Part shown: positions 1-11,050 of the stretch, piece by piece | Position numbering within the stretch: the first letter of the stretch is position 1 | Layout of the letters: the number at the start of each line of letters is the position of its first letter | Assembly: GCA_977017575.1 (NCBI GenBank) | Contig: CDRNVI010000053.1 | Location: 62,001-126,000, forward strand | Direction of reading: 5' to 3' | Length of the DNA stretch: 64,000 bases | From: Paramoeba atlantica | Taxonomy: Eukaryota > Protista > Discosea | Program-made: the position numbers and the translations under genes | Notes under the pieces: model-generated | Seen by the model: the letters and a program-made list of their open reading frames with translations, nothing else | Database searches by the model: none | What the model was told of the DNA's origin: nothing

Positions 1-53
1 AGAAAGCTTCCAACGTACATTGCATCTCCTCGGAAGGCATTTCTCAATGCCTT

Positions 54-431
54 ATGGCATCCGAAATGAAGGATAACATTTGCTGTTATTTTTGCTCGAC
101 GATTGTTCCTTTCAATTGCATGTTGACCTGTGTACATCCATGTACTTTTGCGACGCATCTTTTGTGCCTATCTGACTGGTTTCAAGCTTGTCGACCCGTA
201 AAAAAGGATAGCAATAACGTTTACGAAGAAAATTTGTATGATTATTTTGTTCCAGCGCATGCCGCACCTTGCCCGCTTTGTGGCAAAACTCGGTTTTGGA
301 GTGAATACGTTGCCTTACTCAAAAGGAAATCAAGACGATGTGAGTCTCAACAATCGCAAGATGAAAAAACAAGTCTCAAATATCGAAAAAGCGAATTTCG
401 AAAACGTGTCAGAGAGATGCAGAATCTGTAG
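54..431 (+). CDS. Small RING-variant (C4HC3-like) zinc-finger protein
   Basis: Pattern CCYFC...HPC...H-L-L-C-L-S-D-W...CPLC resembles RINGv; same strand as all host genes. Confidence 0.5.
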   Translation: MASEMKDNICCYFCSTIVPFNCMLTCVHPCTFATHLLCLSDWFQACRPVKKDSNNVYEENLYDYFVPAHAAPCPLCGKTRFWSEYVALLKRKSRRCESQQSQDEKTSLKYRKSEFRKRVREMQNL

Positions 432-1070
432 ATTATTAATGCAACCTACTTAATTGTCATTGCTCTACCTCCCTATTTAGAGCGTTGAAACCTGTTAAGT
501 TTTACCTGGATTTTCCAGGACACCTTTTTTGGGGCGTTTTTTGGAAGGGGTATCTTGTGAAAACAACGGCGTAGAAAGCTAGTATATAGGTCCCAAACTC
601 TCAAAATACAATAGGCGAAACGATTAAAAAAACTTTAAGCCATGTTTTTCGCAAAGTTCGATTTTTTTCAGAAAATATCCGAACTTGGCGGTCCCGTCCT
701 GTTGATTCCAGGGGGGGTGTCCCCGAGTACGGGGGTGGAAAATGTGCCCCAAGACTTCGGCTACCCTTTCTGGGAGTTTATTTTGAAAAATATTTTTTTC
801 AAAAATTTGTCTTGCTTATGAACCGCATTTGAAATAGACATTAAGCCTTTCTTTCTATCTTTCGTAGATGCAGGAAGGGATTCGTAATATGCGAAGACGC
901 GTAAACTTGATGAGCGTCTTCTTCGGACGGCGATGCCTCAAAATCACCTTCTATAGAACTACATTCAGAAACAATTTCCCAAGTGGTTTCCCAACGTTTC
1001 AGCTCTTCCGAATGGCGCTTCAAGCATTCGGATGCGACAGTTTCCATGATGTCATTTTGAAGTGAAAAAA

Positions 1071-1224
1071 CCTATTTGGATATTAAAGTGCTATTTGGGT
1101 ATTAAAGTGACTATTTGGATATTAAAGTGCCTATTTGGATATTAAAGTGCTATTTGGGTATTAAAGTGCCTATTTGGATGTTAAAGTGCCTATTTGGATA
1201 TTAAAGTGCCTATTTGGATTTTAA
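1071..1224. repeat. Minisatellite, ~20-bp unit (CCTATTTGGATATTAAAGTG) x ~7.5
   Basis: Tandem copies read directly from the sequence. Confidence 0.95.
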
Positions 1225-1581
1225 ACCGCAGCCCGGATCACCAAAAGTGCAAGTGCCGCAGTTTCCCACAAGAAAAACGGTATCTCCCTTATGGCATGAG
1301 AGCGTACAGGCGCATAGAAAGGTGGAGATAACGTTTTTCCTGTGGGAAGCCGCCGCACCTGCACTTTTGGCATCTCCCTATTTAACTTTAGCGTTCATTA
1401 GCCAACAAAAATATTATGGGCTCGTTTTTTGGTTCATGGAGAAAACTTTCTTAATCGAACCCCCTATTTGAAAGACCAATGTCCGAAATTGGCGCACTCT
1501 TAAGGAGGGGGAACAGTAGTTCTCTACGCTGTATACAAGACGGATTCATGACCTTCCGTCGTGCTCATCTCTTACACGTAA

Positions 1582-3528
1582 ATGTTCAATATATTTGGTT
1601 CTTTGATGTGTCCTTTGGGACCTTCTTATCAGCTATTTTCTTGTGTTAATAACATGCCCTCCAAGCATGAGACAATGGTAAAGCGACTTAACGAGCTCGG
1701 ATATGCTTTGAAGGATGCAAAGACAGCTTTGCGGCGATGTAATTACAATTTGGAGGCAGCAACTGATCTCCTTATGAATACGACTGAATCAGAAAAACAG
1801 GGCGATACACTGAACCAGGATAGGTTGATCAGTGCCCAAAGTCACATCGATGTAGATCATGCGGCTGAAAGACATATTTTCACTTCCAATGTCGTTTCTA
1901 CATCTGGAAATATTCCGCAGAAACCTGTACGAGTTCACCCATGTATCGTACAGTATGGAGTTTGTAAATATGGGGATACATGTAAGTACGCCACAATGCC
2001 AGGAAATATATGCTTGAACTATTTACACGGAGGCTGTGCGTTTGGTTCACTGTGTCGCAATCTCCACTCTGTGCACAATACTGATTTGCTATCACTTTTC
2101 CCCGAAGAAGCTGTAACCACAAGGTGCGATGCTTATGGGGCCTTGTACATTGTGTCAGACGAAAATTCACCACGATTGGAACCTTCTATTTCAACCCCCG
2201 ATGCGGCCAAATGTCTTGCACCTCATCCATGCATTGTACAGTGTGGCGAGTGTAAATTTGGTGAAAAGTGCAAATATAGGGGCATCCCAGGGGACGTTTG
2301 TGTTTTCTGGCTAAATGGTAAATGCCGAAGTGAAAATGGAAGAACATGTCCTTATCGACACACGGCGGAAAATGCATGCATACTAGATACTGTACCCAAC
2401 GATTTAAGTTGTTCTACTGTGTCTGGTGATCAAGATACTTCGATTCAGAATCAAACCGATAACCCATCTACACGTACGGTAGGAAATACGGCATCTACAT
2501 TGCTGCATCCATGTGTTGTACAATGCGGAGCATGTAAGTTTGGGAACAAGTGCAAATACCGAGAAGTCAGCGGTGAGGTTTGTGTACACTGGCTGAACGG
2601 AAGATGTCGAAGTACACAGATGGGTGAGTGCTCATTCTTGCACACTCTCGATAAGCAGTCATCGCTGAATCCAATAAGTACCGATGATGTGGACTACGCG
2701 GCCATTTCAAATGATTTTATTCGACAGGACACAGATCCCAACCCTGCTTACGAGCATGAACGAATTGTTGCAAATGGGACTCTATCTAATTTAGAAATAG
2801 ATGAAATAAGTGGGTCCATCGGTCAGGATGAACAGAATCATCCTTGTATTGCTCAATGTGGCGGCTGCAAATTTGGCGATGCATGTACATTTCGTGATGT
2901 TCCAAACAATATATGTTTAAGATGGCTAAAAGGAAAGTGCTTCGCCTTGTCCGAAAGTTGTCCGTTTGCTCATGATGCAGAAGCTTCCTTGCTATCCTGG
3001 ATACAAGAGCAACAAATCGTGAGGCAGTCCTGTAAACAGAATTTCACTAGTAATACACTATGCGATTCAATAATGTCGGGCATCCATCCTTGCGTCACAC
3101 AATTCGGGTCATGCAAATACGGAAGCAAGTGTAAATACGCTCAGGTAGCAGATGATGTGTGTGTCCATTGGCTAAATGGCAAGTGTGCCTATGCAGGTAC
3201 GCAAAGATGTCAATATCGCCATCCTACTGAAGAAGAAAAAAGCAAGGCAAACTGGATTAGTGCAGAGACGGAAAATTTTTCACCCTTGTCACTAGAGTCC
3301 GACGTTTCCCACCTTTCACCAGAAACAGCCCCATTCGTTCCTCAAATTATATCTCGTAGGACGTCAACCAAGCAGGAGCAAGTGCGTGAGGATCGAAAAC
3401 TTGATAGCTATGCACATACAGCTATGACCAGCGAAATCGAATCTGAGGCCTCATTAGGCAGCAACGAATTCGATGACATTGGTATGGATTTGGCAGAAAT
3501 GGTGGACAACATTATTTCTTTTGACTAG
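1582..3528 (+). CDS. UBA-domain, multi-CCCH zinc-finger RNA-binding protein with PAM2-like motif
   Basis: N-terminal KRLNELGY...ALRRCNYNLEAATDLL is UBA-like; five HPC-x6-C-x5-C...C-x7-C-x5/7-C-x3-H modules; SHLSPETAPFVP resembles PAM2. Confidence 0.8.
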   Translation: MFNIFGSLMCPLGPSYQLFSCVNNMPSKHETMVKRLNELGYALKDAKTALRRCNYNLEAATDLLMNTTESEKQGDTLNQDRLISAQSHIDVDHAAERHIFTSNVVSTSGNIPQKPVRVHPCIVQYGVCKYGDTCKYATMPGNICLNYLHGGCAFGSLCRNLHSVHNTDLLSLFPEEAVTTRCDAYGALYIVSDENSPRLEPSISTPDAAKCLAPHPCIVQCGECKFGEKCKYRGIPGDVCVFWLNGKCRSENGRTCPYRHTAENACILDTVPNDLSCSTVSGDQDTSIQNQTDNPSTRTVGNTASTLLHPCVVQCGACKFGNKCKYREVSGEVCVHWLNGRCRSTQMGECSFLHTLDKQSSLNPISTDDVDYAAISNDFIRQDTDPNPAYEHERIVANGTLSNLEIDEISGSIGQDEQNHPCIAQCGGCKFGDACTFRDVPNNICLRWLKGKCFALSESCPFAHDAEASLLSWIQEQQIVRQSCKQNFTSNTLCDSIMSGIHPCVTQFGSCKYGSKCKYAQVADDVCVHWLNGKCAYAGTQRCQYRHPTEEEKSKANWISAETENFSPLSLESDVSHLSPETAPFVPQIISRRTSTKQEQVREDRKLDSYAHTAMTSEIESEASLGSNEFDDIGMDLAEMVDNIISFD

Positions 3529-3660
3529 AGCTGTAGTAATGGCAGAAAATGTGCACCACAGAACATGGACTCCACACTTACTTGATTTCTTGCCCAAGAT
3601 TGTCATATTGTCCGAAAACCAACAAATAAAATTATTGAATTCGCGAAAAAGAGAAACAGA

Positions 3661-4539
3661 ATGTTTTTCTGGTTACCGTTTCAGAATTTTATTCATCGTA
3701 TAAAATACTTTTGTAGTAGCATGAAAAAACCACGCACTTATTCTGCTCGCGCGATATACATTAAAGAACGCTTGATGTTTCGAGAGAAATCAGTTTCATT
3801 TTCTGAATACCGCAGAACGCTTCATAACGAATTTGAAGCACTTCCAGATTTTCTCCTACAGGAATATCAGAAGAAAGCTCAAGAGTTAACACATCATGGA
3901 AAAGAGGAGTTCAAAAGACAAAAGAAATCAAAGAACTATTTTCATTTAAAAAATTGGCGAAATTTGACGGGCTATGTCCTCTATATTTCTCTTCGAGCAG
4001 GTTACTTACGCAAAATGATCAGCGACTGTAAGGAACCGAAAGCATCAAACCGAGGAAAACTATATATGCGGTACGGGTACGCCTTGTGGAAAAATGAGAA
4101 TGCAACCGTTAAAGAAAACTATAAGACGCTTGCGAGAAACATTCGCTATGGCGTTAGACATTGTATTTTTCATACTGATCCTTCTTTCATGATTGCAAAG
4201 CACGGAAAGGTTGTGCCATCCCTTTCTAAGTTCTTGGCTACTCATTTTCCAGTTCTTCGTGCTATAAAACATAGAAGATTACAGAAAAGAAAGTCATTAT
4301 CTCATGTGCCTGCTGAGCGATACGGAAAAGAAAATCTAACGAGCGTAAGAAAATTGGCGAATCAGTTAATGGAAGAACAACAGAAACGTGAAATTAAGCA
4401 GGGAGTTACTACAAGAGCGCTTCCACATCAGGTTTTCTTGGGCTACTGGACTATAGCTTCTAGAATGCTCTTCAGGAAATTGACCCGAAAGGAGCAACTA
4501 CAGTTTTGCGCCATTCGAGGTCTAATTCTGCGACCGTAG
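3661..4539 (+). CDS. Basic protein with degenerate HMG-box-like repeats (true start possibly 3721)
   Basis: K/R-rich; segments KKPRTYSARAIYIKE...EYQKKA and NLTGYVLYI...LWKNENATVKENYKTLA resemble HMG boxes. Confidence 0.45.
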   Translation: MFFWLPFQNFIHRIKYFCSSMKKPRTYSARAIYIKERLMFREKSVSFSEYRRTLHNEFEALPDFLLQEYQKKAQELTHHGKEEFKRQKKSKNYFHLKNWRNLTGYVLYISLRAGYLRKMISDCKEPKASNRGKLYMRYGYALWKNENATVKENYKTLARNIRYGVRHCIFHTDPSFMIAKHGKVVPSLSKFLATHFPVLRAIKHRRLQKRKSLSHVPAERYGKENLTSVRKLANQLMEEQQKREIKQGVTTRALPHQVFLGYWTIASRMLFRKLTRKEQLQFCAIRGLILRP

Positions 4540-5259
4540 GTCATGGCTTAAGCCAAGTTTCTTCGAAATGATTTAGGAATGTACTGGATATAGTGTACGG
4601 GATATAGTGTCCTTATTTTTCGAAACTTTACGAGCTTCGAAAGTAGTCACCCGAAGTCCAGATGTTGCCGCGTATAAAATGATTTGTTGCGTGGTTCCTC
4701 GAGCGATGACCACTGCACTTGACCCTGTACTCTTCTCAATGGATGCTCGAGATATTTATGAAAGCAAAGGCACTGAGATGCCGTGCATCTCCATTATTCA
4801 GGAGCTTGCCCCCCCCCCCAAAGCCTATACCCCATCCTTGGACAGTATCTTGTATTTTGATGCAATCGAGGGGCATTCATTGATTAAATTTGCGTCCTAA
4901 CTCCAGCGGAACGAATTATTCACTGGACGTTCCAAGTGGGAAGCATCCCACTTCCGAGTGGGTTGCTGGACGAGTCACTCCTGCCCAGAGGTAAGATCGC
5001 TGTTTTAGTTTCCGGATGAGCATCGGATGAAGTGAAAGAGACTTGAAACACGAAGTGAAAGAGACTTGAACTTCACCTATGCTGTTACTTAAAGAAAATT
5101 AAAGAAAAAACAAGTAGGCACTATTTTTTTCAGGATTGTGCGTTAGAAAACAATCTGAGAAAATGATGTTAAATCTGACTGAAAGACGAAGTAAGTTTTT
5201 TACGAGTTTTATCAACTTTTAACAGCAATTCCAAAATATATATAAATGATTGCTCCAAA

Positions 5260-7530
5260 ATGTCTACAAATTTTTTCTTGGTTACAGAAGCAAAACACGA
5301 TGCAGACGTTCGTGGTGTCACTTCGCACCCGTACGCTACAGGCGCGTTTCTTACCGCTTCGCGTGATAATACTGTACGCATGTGGACGACAATGAGTGAA
5401 GGCGGGCAGTGCCTCCTGGCACACAGCCACGTGCTTCATACCCATTATGTCTCCACGGTGATATGCTTTAAAGGTACCTGGAAATATTTTGCTGCTGAAG
5501 TCAGTGCGGAGACCAAAAAAGCTCTTTGGTTTAGTGCCTCTCATGACGAAACAGTTATTGGATATGAACCAGAAAGCGAACAGCTCGAAGTATTGCTTGA
5601 TGGGCACACGGGCGCAGTATCATGTTTAGCTGCTTTAGGCGATGCAATTGTTACTGGGAGTTGGGATGGAACCGCGATAATGTGGAATTTAGATGGTTCT
5701 ATTCGCGCGACGCTGAAGGGTCACACAAGCAGTGTGTTGTGTGTCGCATACCTTCCGGAGGCACAGAACTATGGAGCGAACATGAGCTGTATTCTCACTG
5801 GATCTGGTGATAAAACCATAATTGGATGGGATATGGGAGGGGAGAAACGTCGAGTTTACACTCATCACACGGACAGCGTTCAAGGACTATGTGAAATACC
5901 TAAAATTGGGTTCGCTTCCTGTGGTAATGACGCTAAAATTATTGTTGTTACCATTAAAGGCGACGTGTTATATACTTTGCACGGACATCAAAGTTTTGTT
6001 TATGACATCTGTGTTTTACCAAATACCGGGGAGATTTGCTCTGCCTCGGAAGATCGTACACTGCGAATTTGGAAGGGCACAACTTGCACACATTCTTTTG
6101 AACATCCCAAAACTGTCTGGTGTGTGTGCGCACTTGATGATCATACAGTGATTACAGGGTGTGCGGACGGTTACGCCCGAGTGTGGAGTCGAGATATCAC
6201 GCCCGGAGAGCCAATTGACATGCAGAATAATCTGAATGTATTGCCGACCACTAACTGTACTACTAGCATGGCGTGTGAGAATCCTATCCAGCTCAGTCAG
6301 ACAGTATCCCCTACACATTTCGACGATCACGCATGCATAACAGGAACCCCATCAATGGATAACTCAGATAACACTACCTCCTACCAAATGGGTCAGCCCC
6401 AGTCAGAATCGCATTCTGTGACATACGCCTCAACTAAGATACCATATGATGGAAAATTGTACGACTATGTTTTTGATGTTGAAGTGAATGGTGTGATTTT
6501 GAAATTACCATACAATATTGGAGAAAATCCTTACGAAGTCGCCTTAGAATTTATTCATCGACACAGCAATATGGGGCTCACGCAGAACGACCTGAACGAG
6601 GTTGTGCAATGGATAACACAGCATTCCCAATATACAGGAAATGAGCATGGAAAACTTACGGACGAGAAAGCAGAGGAATCAAATAAAAAAGGAGCGTCTA
6701 CAACACTTTTAGAACCTAGTTTCTTCGTACTAACAACCTACGTTGATACGAATTTCGAAGGTATTCGGAAAAAATTACTCAATATGAATGTACCAGGCGC
6801 CGACAAACTAGTGATGCAGCTTTCGGCCTCCAATGAGGCTTCTGGTAATACTCTGGTTGAGCTATGCCAAATAATACAGTCAACTCCCATATCTTCTCAA
6901 TATCCGCTCCTAGATCTTTTGAGACATGGAATGCTTTTATTGCATAGTGAAGATAGTTCCCTGCATTCTTTAATCCTTGAGACGGTGACTACAGTACTGG
7001 ATAACCAGGAGAATGAAAACCCTTTAAGAGATCTCATATGTCTTCGAATATTGGTGAACTATCTCGCACTTATGCAAAAAGAATTTCAGTCCGAAAATTT
7101 AGCACCTATCATTCGAGATCAATTACTAAGCACAAAGCTGAGGAGAAAAAGATGTAGGTCGAATTCGTTTGCACACAGAGAGACCTTCTACCAATTACTG
7201 CGAAACGCGAGCTTCTATATTGAAGATTGGCAAGAGGCGTCTACACCTGAACGAGCAGAGGGCACTGAGCAGCTGCAAGACTTAATTAAGAGTTTCCTGA
7301 GGGTCATTACTGATTGTTTATTACGCGAAAGCAATACCGAGCTAAAAGTTATTTTATTAAAAACATTGCTTTATATTTTTGTTCCCAAAGGAGACGACCA
7401 TCAAAGCATAACTTTGGAATGTGCAAAACGAGAGCTGACTTTTGACTATATTGAGACACTTATTCGAGATCCCAGTGAATTGGTAGGCAATCTTGCAAAG
7501 GAATTGCTAAAATTTAAACAGAAGCGGTGA
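5260..7530 (+). CDS. DOA1: Phospholipase A2-activating protein / Doa1-Ufd3 (WD40-PFU-PUL)
   Basis: WD40 repeats (GH...SGS.D) followed by the PFU signature YDGKLYDYVFDVEVNGVILKLPYNIGENPYEVA and a helical C-terminus. Confidence 0.9.
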   Translation: MSTNFFLVTEAKHDADVRGVTSHPYATGAFLTASRDNTVRMWTTMSEGGQCLLAHSHVLHTHYVSTVICFKGTWKYFAAEVSAETKKALWFSASHDETVIGYEPESEQLEVLLDGHTGAVSCLAALGDAIVTGSWDGTAIMWNLDGSIRATLKGHTSSVLCVAYLPEAQNYGANMSCILTGSGDKTIIGWDMGGEKRRVYTHHTDSVQGLCEIPKIGFASCGNDAKIIVVTIKGDVLYTLHGHQSFVYDICVLPNTGEICSASEDRTLRIWKGTTCTHSFEHPKTVWCVCALDDHTVITGCADGYARVWSRDITPGEPIDMQNNLNVLPTTNCTTSMACENPIQLSQTVSPTHFDDHACITGTPSMDNSDNTTSYQMGQPQSESHSVTYASTKIPYDGKLYDYVFDVEVNGVILKLPYNIGENPYEVALEFIHRHSNMGLTQNDLNEVVQWITQHSQYTGNEHGKLTDEKAEESNKKGASTTLLEPSFFVLTTYVDTNFEGIRKKLLNMNVPGADKLVMQLSASNEASGNTLVELCQIIQSTPISSQYPLLDLLRHGMLLLHSEDSSLHSLILETVTTVLDNQENENPLRDLICLRILVNYLALMQKEFQSENLAPIIRDQLLSTKLRRKRCRSNSFAHRETFYQLLRNASFYIEDWQEASTPERAEGTEQLQDLIKSFLRVITDCLLRESNTELKVILLKTLLYIFVPKGDDHQSITLECAKRELTFDYIETLIRDPSELVGNLAKELLKFKQKR

Positions 7531-7618
7531 AATTAAGATCAAGAATAGTAAGATTCTATTATTGGGTAGTTTTTTACCGCTATTCTGCTCATAAACGTTT
7601 TATGAATGCTCATTAAAC

Positions 7619-7966
7619 ATGTTTTGTTGTAAATGTTGTAATTTTGTTGTTTATAGTACACAAAATTATAAACAAATTTTATGCATGGCTATTTTTGCGT
7701 GCGTGCGATGTAATTATGCATACGAATGGACAGTGAGTAATTCGTATAAACGAACAATTGCGAGTCGTATGGATCATTGCGTCAAATGCAACCGAGTTTC
7801 TCGTTTTCAAATCTTGGCCATTGGAACCATGCACGGCCGAATGTGGGACAAACCTGCAAATTTTCCTCTTGTACAAAACTCCGTATTGTGGTGGAGGAAA
7901 CAACACCTCAATGGTAAACATGTGACAGAGCCGCTTTCAGAAATCACGCCTGAAGAAACGAAATAA
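7619..7966 (+). CDS. Possible small zinc-ribbon protein (CxxC...CxxC)
   Basis: CVRC...CVKC pair; short, may be spurious. Confidence 0.3.
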   Translation: MFCCKCCNFVVYSTQNYKQILCMAIFACVRCNYAYEWTVSNSYKRTIASRMDHCVKCNRVSRFQILAIGTMHGRMWDKPANFPLVQNSVLWWRKQHLNGKHVTEPLSEITPEETK

Positions 7967-8160
7967 TTCTGAGACATAAGGTTAGATTTGCTTTGAGATT
8001 TTTTGATGTTTTCTCCATCTGTGGAAGCATGCTCATGTGTAGTTTGTAACCGTACGGTGTAAAGTTCGCATATTACGCGAAACGAATTAGGTAGTAGATT
8101 AATAGTAGATATTGGTACTGATCAACACTCTATGACGACATTTAGTTTTCCCAAACCATC

Positions 8161-8184
8161 TCACTTTTCTTTCCTTTTCACAAG
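8161..8184 (+). promoter_or_regulatory. Polypyrimidine tract plus AG, candidate trans-splice acceptor
   Basis: TCACTTTTCTTTCCTTTTCACAAG ends 5 nt before the ATG at 8190. Confidence 0.5.
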
Positions 8185-8189
8185 TAAAC

Positions 8190-8990
8190 ATGCCCTCGGT
8201 CGCTACTTCGCAACCCATGTGGAACTCCCTACCCTTCGGCATCTTTGGTCATTCCAGCAACAAGAACACTCAGTCCACCTCCCTCTCTGGAGGCAAGAAA
8301 AGTAGTCAAGACCCCACTCCCGCCTCGCCTTTACTCTCGTTCGGCAAGCGTGCACTGGAAGCCGTACTCAGCAGCCCTTTCCGCTGTGCTGCCGACAACG
8401 GTAGTAAGACTAAAGAGGGCCCTTCCCCGAAAGCAACCCCGATGTCACCTGCTCCCACACGAGGGCTCACACGCGCCCCCATGACACCCAGTGTAGAGCG
8501 CACGCTGTTCCCGGAGTCCAAGCCAAGCACCAGCGCGAACCGTAAACGTGGAAGAGCCGAGGACAGCTCCGAGGGGAACTGGCCGGCTAAGGCCCCCGTG
8601 CTGCCGGCACAGAAGAAGATGCGACAGGAGAAGCCTGCGGAGGCTCCGTCGGCTGTTCCTAAACAACCTAAGGTGGCTAACGCCCCGGGGGGTAAGAAAA
8701 AAGGGACTGACAATAAAAAAGGAGTAAAGAAGACTGCGGCTGCAAAAGGTGGGAAAAAAGGTGTAGTGAAAAAGGCTCCCCTAAAAAAGAAAGCTGCTGT
8801 GTCGAAAAAAGTGGTAGTCTCGAAAAAAGTCGCGAAGAATTCCGCAGAAGGTATGAAAAGTGCTGTAGTCATGCAAGAAATGAAAAAGACGGCACAGACT
8901 GATAAGAAACAAATAAAAGGAAGAAAGGTGGGTACCAATAATGCCAAAAAAGGAAAATCATCGAGCAGCGCAAAAAGGAAAGGCATTTAA
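8190..8990 (+). CDS. Lys/Ala/Pro-rich basic protein with histone-H1-like C-terminal tail
   Basis: C-terminal half is KKAAVSKKVV/KKTAAAKGGKK low-complexity; ATG preceded by an acceptor-like tract. Confidence 0.65.
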   Translation: MPSVATSQPMWNSLPFGIFGHSSNKNTQSTSLSGGKKSSQDPTPASPLLSFGKRALEAVLSSPFRCAADNGSKTKEGPSPKATPMSPAPTRGLTRAPMTPSVERTLFPESKPSTSANRKRGRAEDSSEGNWPAKAPVLPAQKKMRQEKPAEAPSAVPKQPKVANAPGGKKKGTDNKKGVKKTAAAKGGKKGVVKKAPLKKKAAVSKKVVVSKKVAKNSAEGMKSAVVMQEMKKTAQTDKKQIKGRKVGTNNAKKGKSSSSAKRKGI

Positions 8991-9493
8991 ACAGAAGAAG
9001 AATCTGTAAGTGTGTATAATTCTGGATAGGGTTCATAAAATACGAATATTGATGTCCATGGAGGAGAGTAGATTTATGTTTAGCAAGTAAAAGTATTTTA
9101 GCTTTTCGAAGAAGAGGACACCTAAAAAATAGCTTGTAGTACATAGAAATAGTTGTTGAATAGAAGTTTGTAACATCTAGACCACTTTAATTTGTTCAAC
9201 TGTTGACTAAACCGAGCTGAAAACTTTTAGTAGGACGATCTAGCAATCACTGAGTGTTACCTATGAACACTTAGATACAAAGACCACGTACTCATCAAAC
9301 TCTGCAGACATTTATTCATGCGGTCGTTGCCCTTTTTGCTTTGCAAATTCCTTGATGCAAATAGCCAACTATATTGCCTTTCGCCGTGTATTTTATTATT
9401 CATGTTTTTTTCAAATTGCCTATTTTCTTTGTAGTTTTTTTGAGCGAACCAACCATGATTGCATGGATGGAGTACTGATTTGTCTTTGTTGAC

Positions 9494-10816
9494 ATGTATG
9501 AGGAGCGTAGGGAAAGCAACCCCTATATTCCACAAGAGGAATCTGGAGCGGCATTAGCGCGCCTTCTGCTCCACATCTCACTACGGGCCTGGTACTCTAC
9601 CGAAGAGTATCTCGTGGGCTATGTGCTGTGTGAACACATGCGTGGTATTGGGCACGTATCCCAGATTGCCCGTCATCTCTGCCTTGAACCCTGCACGGAT
9701 GACAACGATGTGGTGCTGACAGCGCTTCATGTCATGCACGGCTCCTATGTGGATCGTATTGCAGGAAATATTCCTACAGATAGAGAATCCTCTCTTTGGT
9801 GTTTGAACTACAAAAATATTTTCCGCACCGTTTGTACTCGGCTCCATAGCATACTAATGGCTTCGCAATCGGAGTCCTTATCTGTCTCCCCCTTCACGGG
9901 GCTTTTGACACCGTCTACAATGACGCATCCGGTCGTTCAAACTATTCGAAAGACTACGTGGGGGTGTCAACTTTGTGGGATAGAATTACCGGAGCACGAG
10001 TTACTCCACTTAGACAGAGACGCGGAGTCCAATGCATTCTTATGTCCCCAATGTCCTACCTCTGAGGATCAAGACTTACCCCTTATAACACCACCATTTG
10101 TTATTCCGTTTGGTAATGAAGAGAGCAACGATTTCTCTGTTGATTCTCAGCGTACAGAAAAAAGACCCGAACAAAAATATATGGAGACAGTGCATGCAAG
10201 CCCCAGTACGAAATGTTCACTAGATGTTTGCGATCTTGCCCGTGAAAATGCAGTTATGCGACTGCTGGCTGAAATCCTAAGCAGGGGACCCTTTTATTTA
10301 CCTGAGAGCCGGCGTCACCATCACGATTACAAACTAATTCGTACAGAAGAAGAGAATGATGAAATGAAACGTGAGCAGACGCGTCGAGATGTGCTTAAGA
10401 ATATTGTTGATCACACAAATGTATCCCAAAATGAACGTATAGCGGAACTGACTGGACACGGAGCTGCGACCCTACAAGTCGAAATTTGTCCTCTGAATTG
10501 GAATATGCCAGCAACGGGAACCAGAATAGACGTCCTATCTGATAAACCGGAGGTATCTACAGGTGCGGTAATAGTCGAAATAGGACCCCCCTCACAATCG
10601 AATAGAACGGAAAAAATGCCTCCATGGTTGTCAAAGTTTCAGAACGTAACCATTTCTCGAGCTAAGGCTTACGACGAGGGACCACAAAAATTCACAGAGA
10701 AATATTCGCTGTATCCACGTGATGTAGCTCAGTCATTACTCCACGAAATTGTGAATGGAAGGAGAACACAACCCCTGGAAGGACAAAGTGGCTATGAAGA
10801 GTACGAAGAGTACTAG
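9494..10816 (+). CDS. Hypothetical protein with CxxC...CxxC zinc finger
   Basis: 440-aa ORF on the gene strand; CQLC...CPQC. Confidence 0.7.
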   Translation: MYEERRESNPYIPQEESGAALARLLLHISLRAWYSTEEYLVGYVLCEHMRGIGHVSQIARHLCLEPCTDDNDVVLTALHVMHGSYVDRIAGNIPTDRESSLWCLNYKNIFRTVCTRLHSILMASQSESLSVSPFTGLLTPSTMTHPVVQTIRKTTWGCQLCGIELPEHELLHLDRDAESNAFLCPQCPTSEDQDLPLITPPFVIPFGNEESNDFSVDSQRTEKRPEQKYMETVHASPSTKCSLDVCDLARENAVMRLLAEILSRGPFYLPESRRHHHDYKLIRTEEENDEMKREQTRRDVLKNIVDHTNVSQNERIAELTGHGAATLQVEICPLNWNMPATGTRIDVLSDKPEVSTGAVIVEIGPPSQSNRTEKMPPWLSKFQNVTISRAKAYDEGPQKFTEKYSLYPRDVAQSLLHEIVNGRRTQPLEGQSGYEEYEEY

Positions 10817-11050
10817 AACTTTTTAAAACCACTTTCCATTTTATCTCTTCAATGTACAGAATAAAGATATTAGTTCTTCACCTTTGTACTGAAAGCCTAC
10901 CCTCTTGAACGGTCGCGGGCAGTGTTCAAAATGAGGTTACGCAGGAACCTACAAACCAACAGAGACTACGCCACTTCTCATACATACACTGTAACTCCTC
11001 ACTGATCTGCACGCAATTGTACACCCTACTACCCCCTTCTCAGCAACTCG

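Noticed and set aside
5005-5075. Hammerhead-like CGGATGA...GAAA with a short direct repeat
   Set aside because: Core deviates from CUGANGA and no stems I-III could be formed.
8306-8986. 226-aa minus-strand Phe-rich ORF
   Set aside because: Shadow of the Lys-rich + strand gene; the same applies to other antisense ORFs overlapping host genes (e.g. 11123-11800, 14213-14680, 62970-63359).
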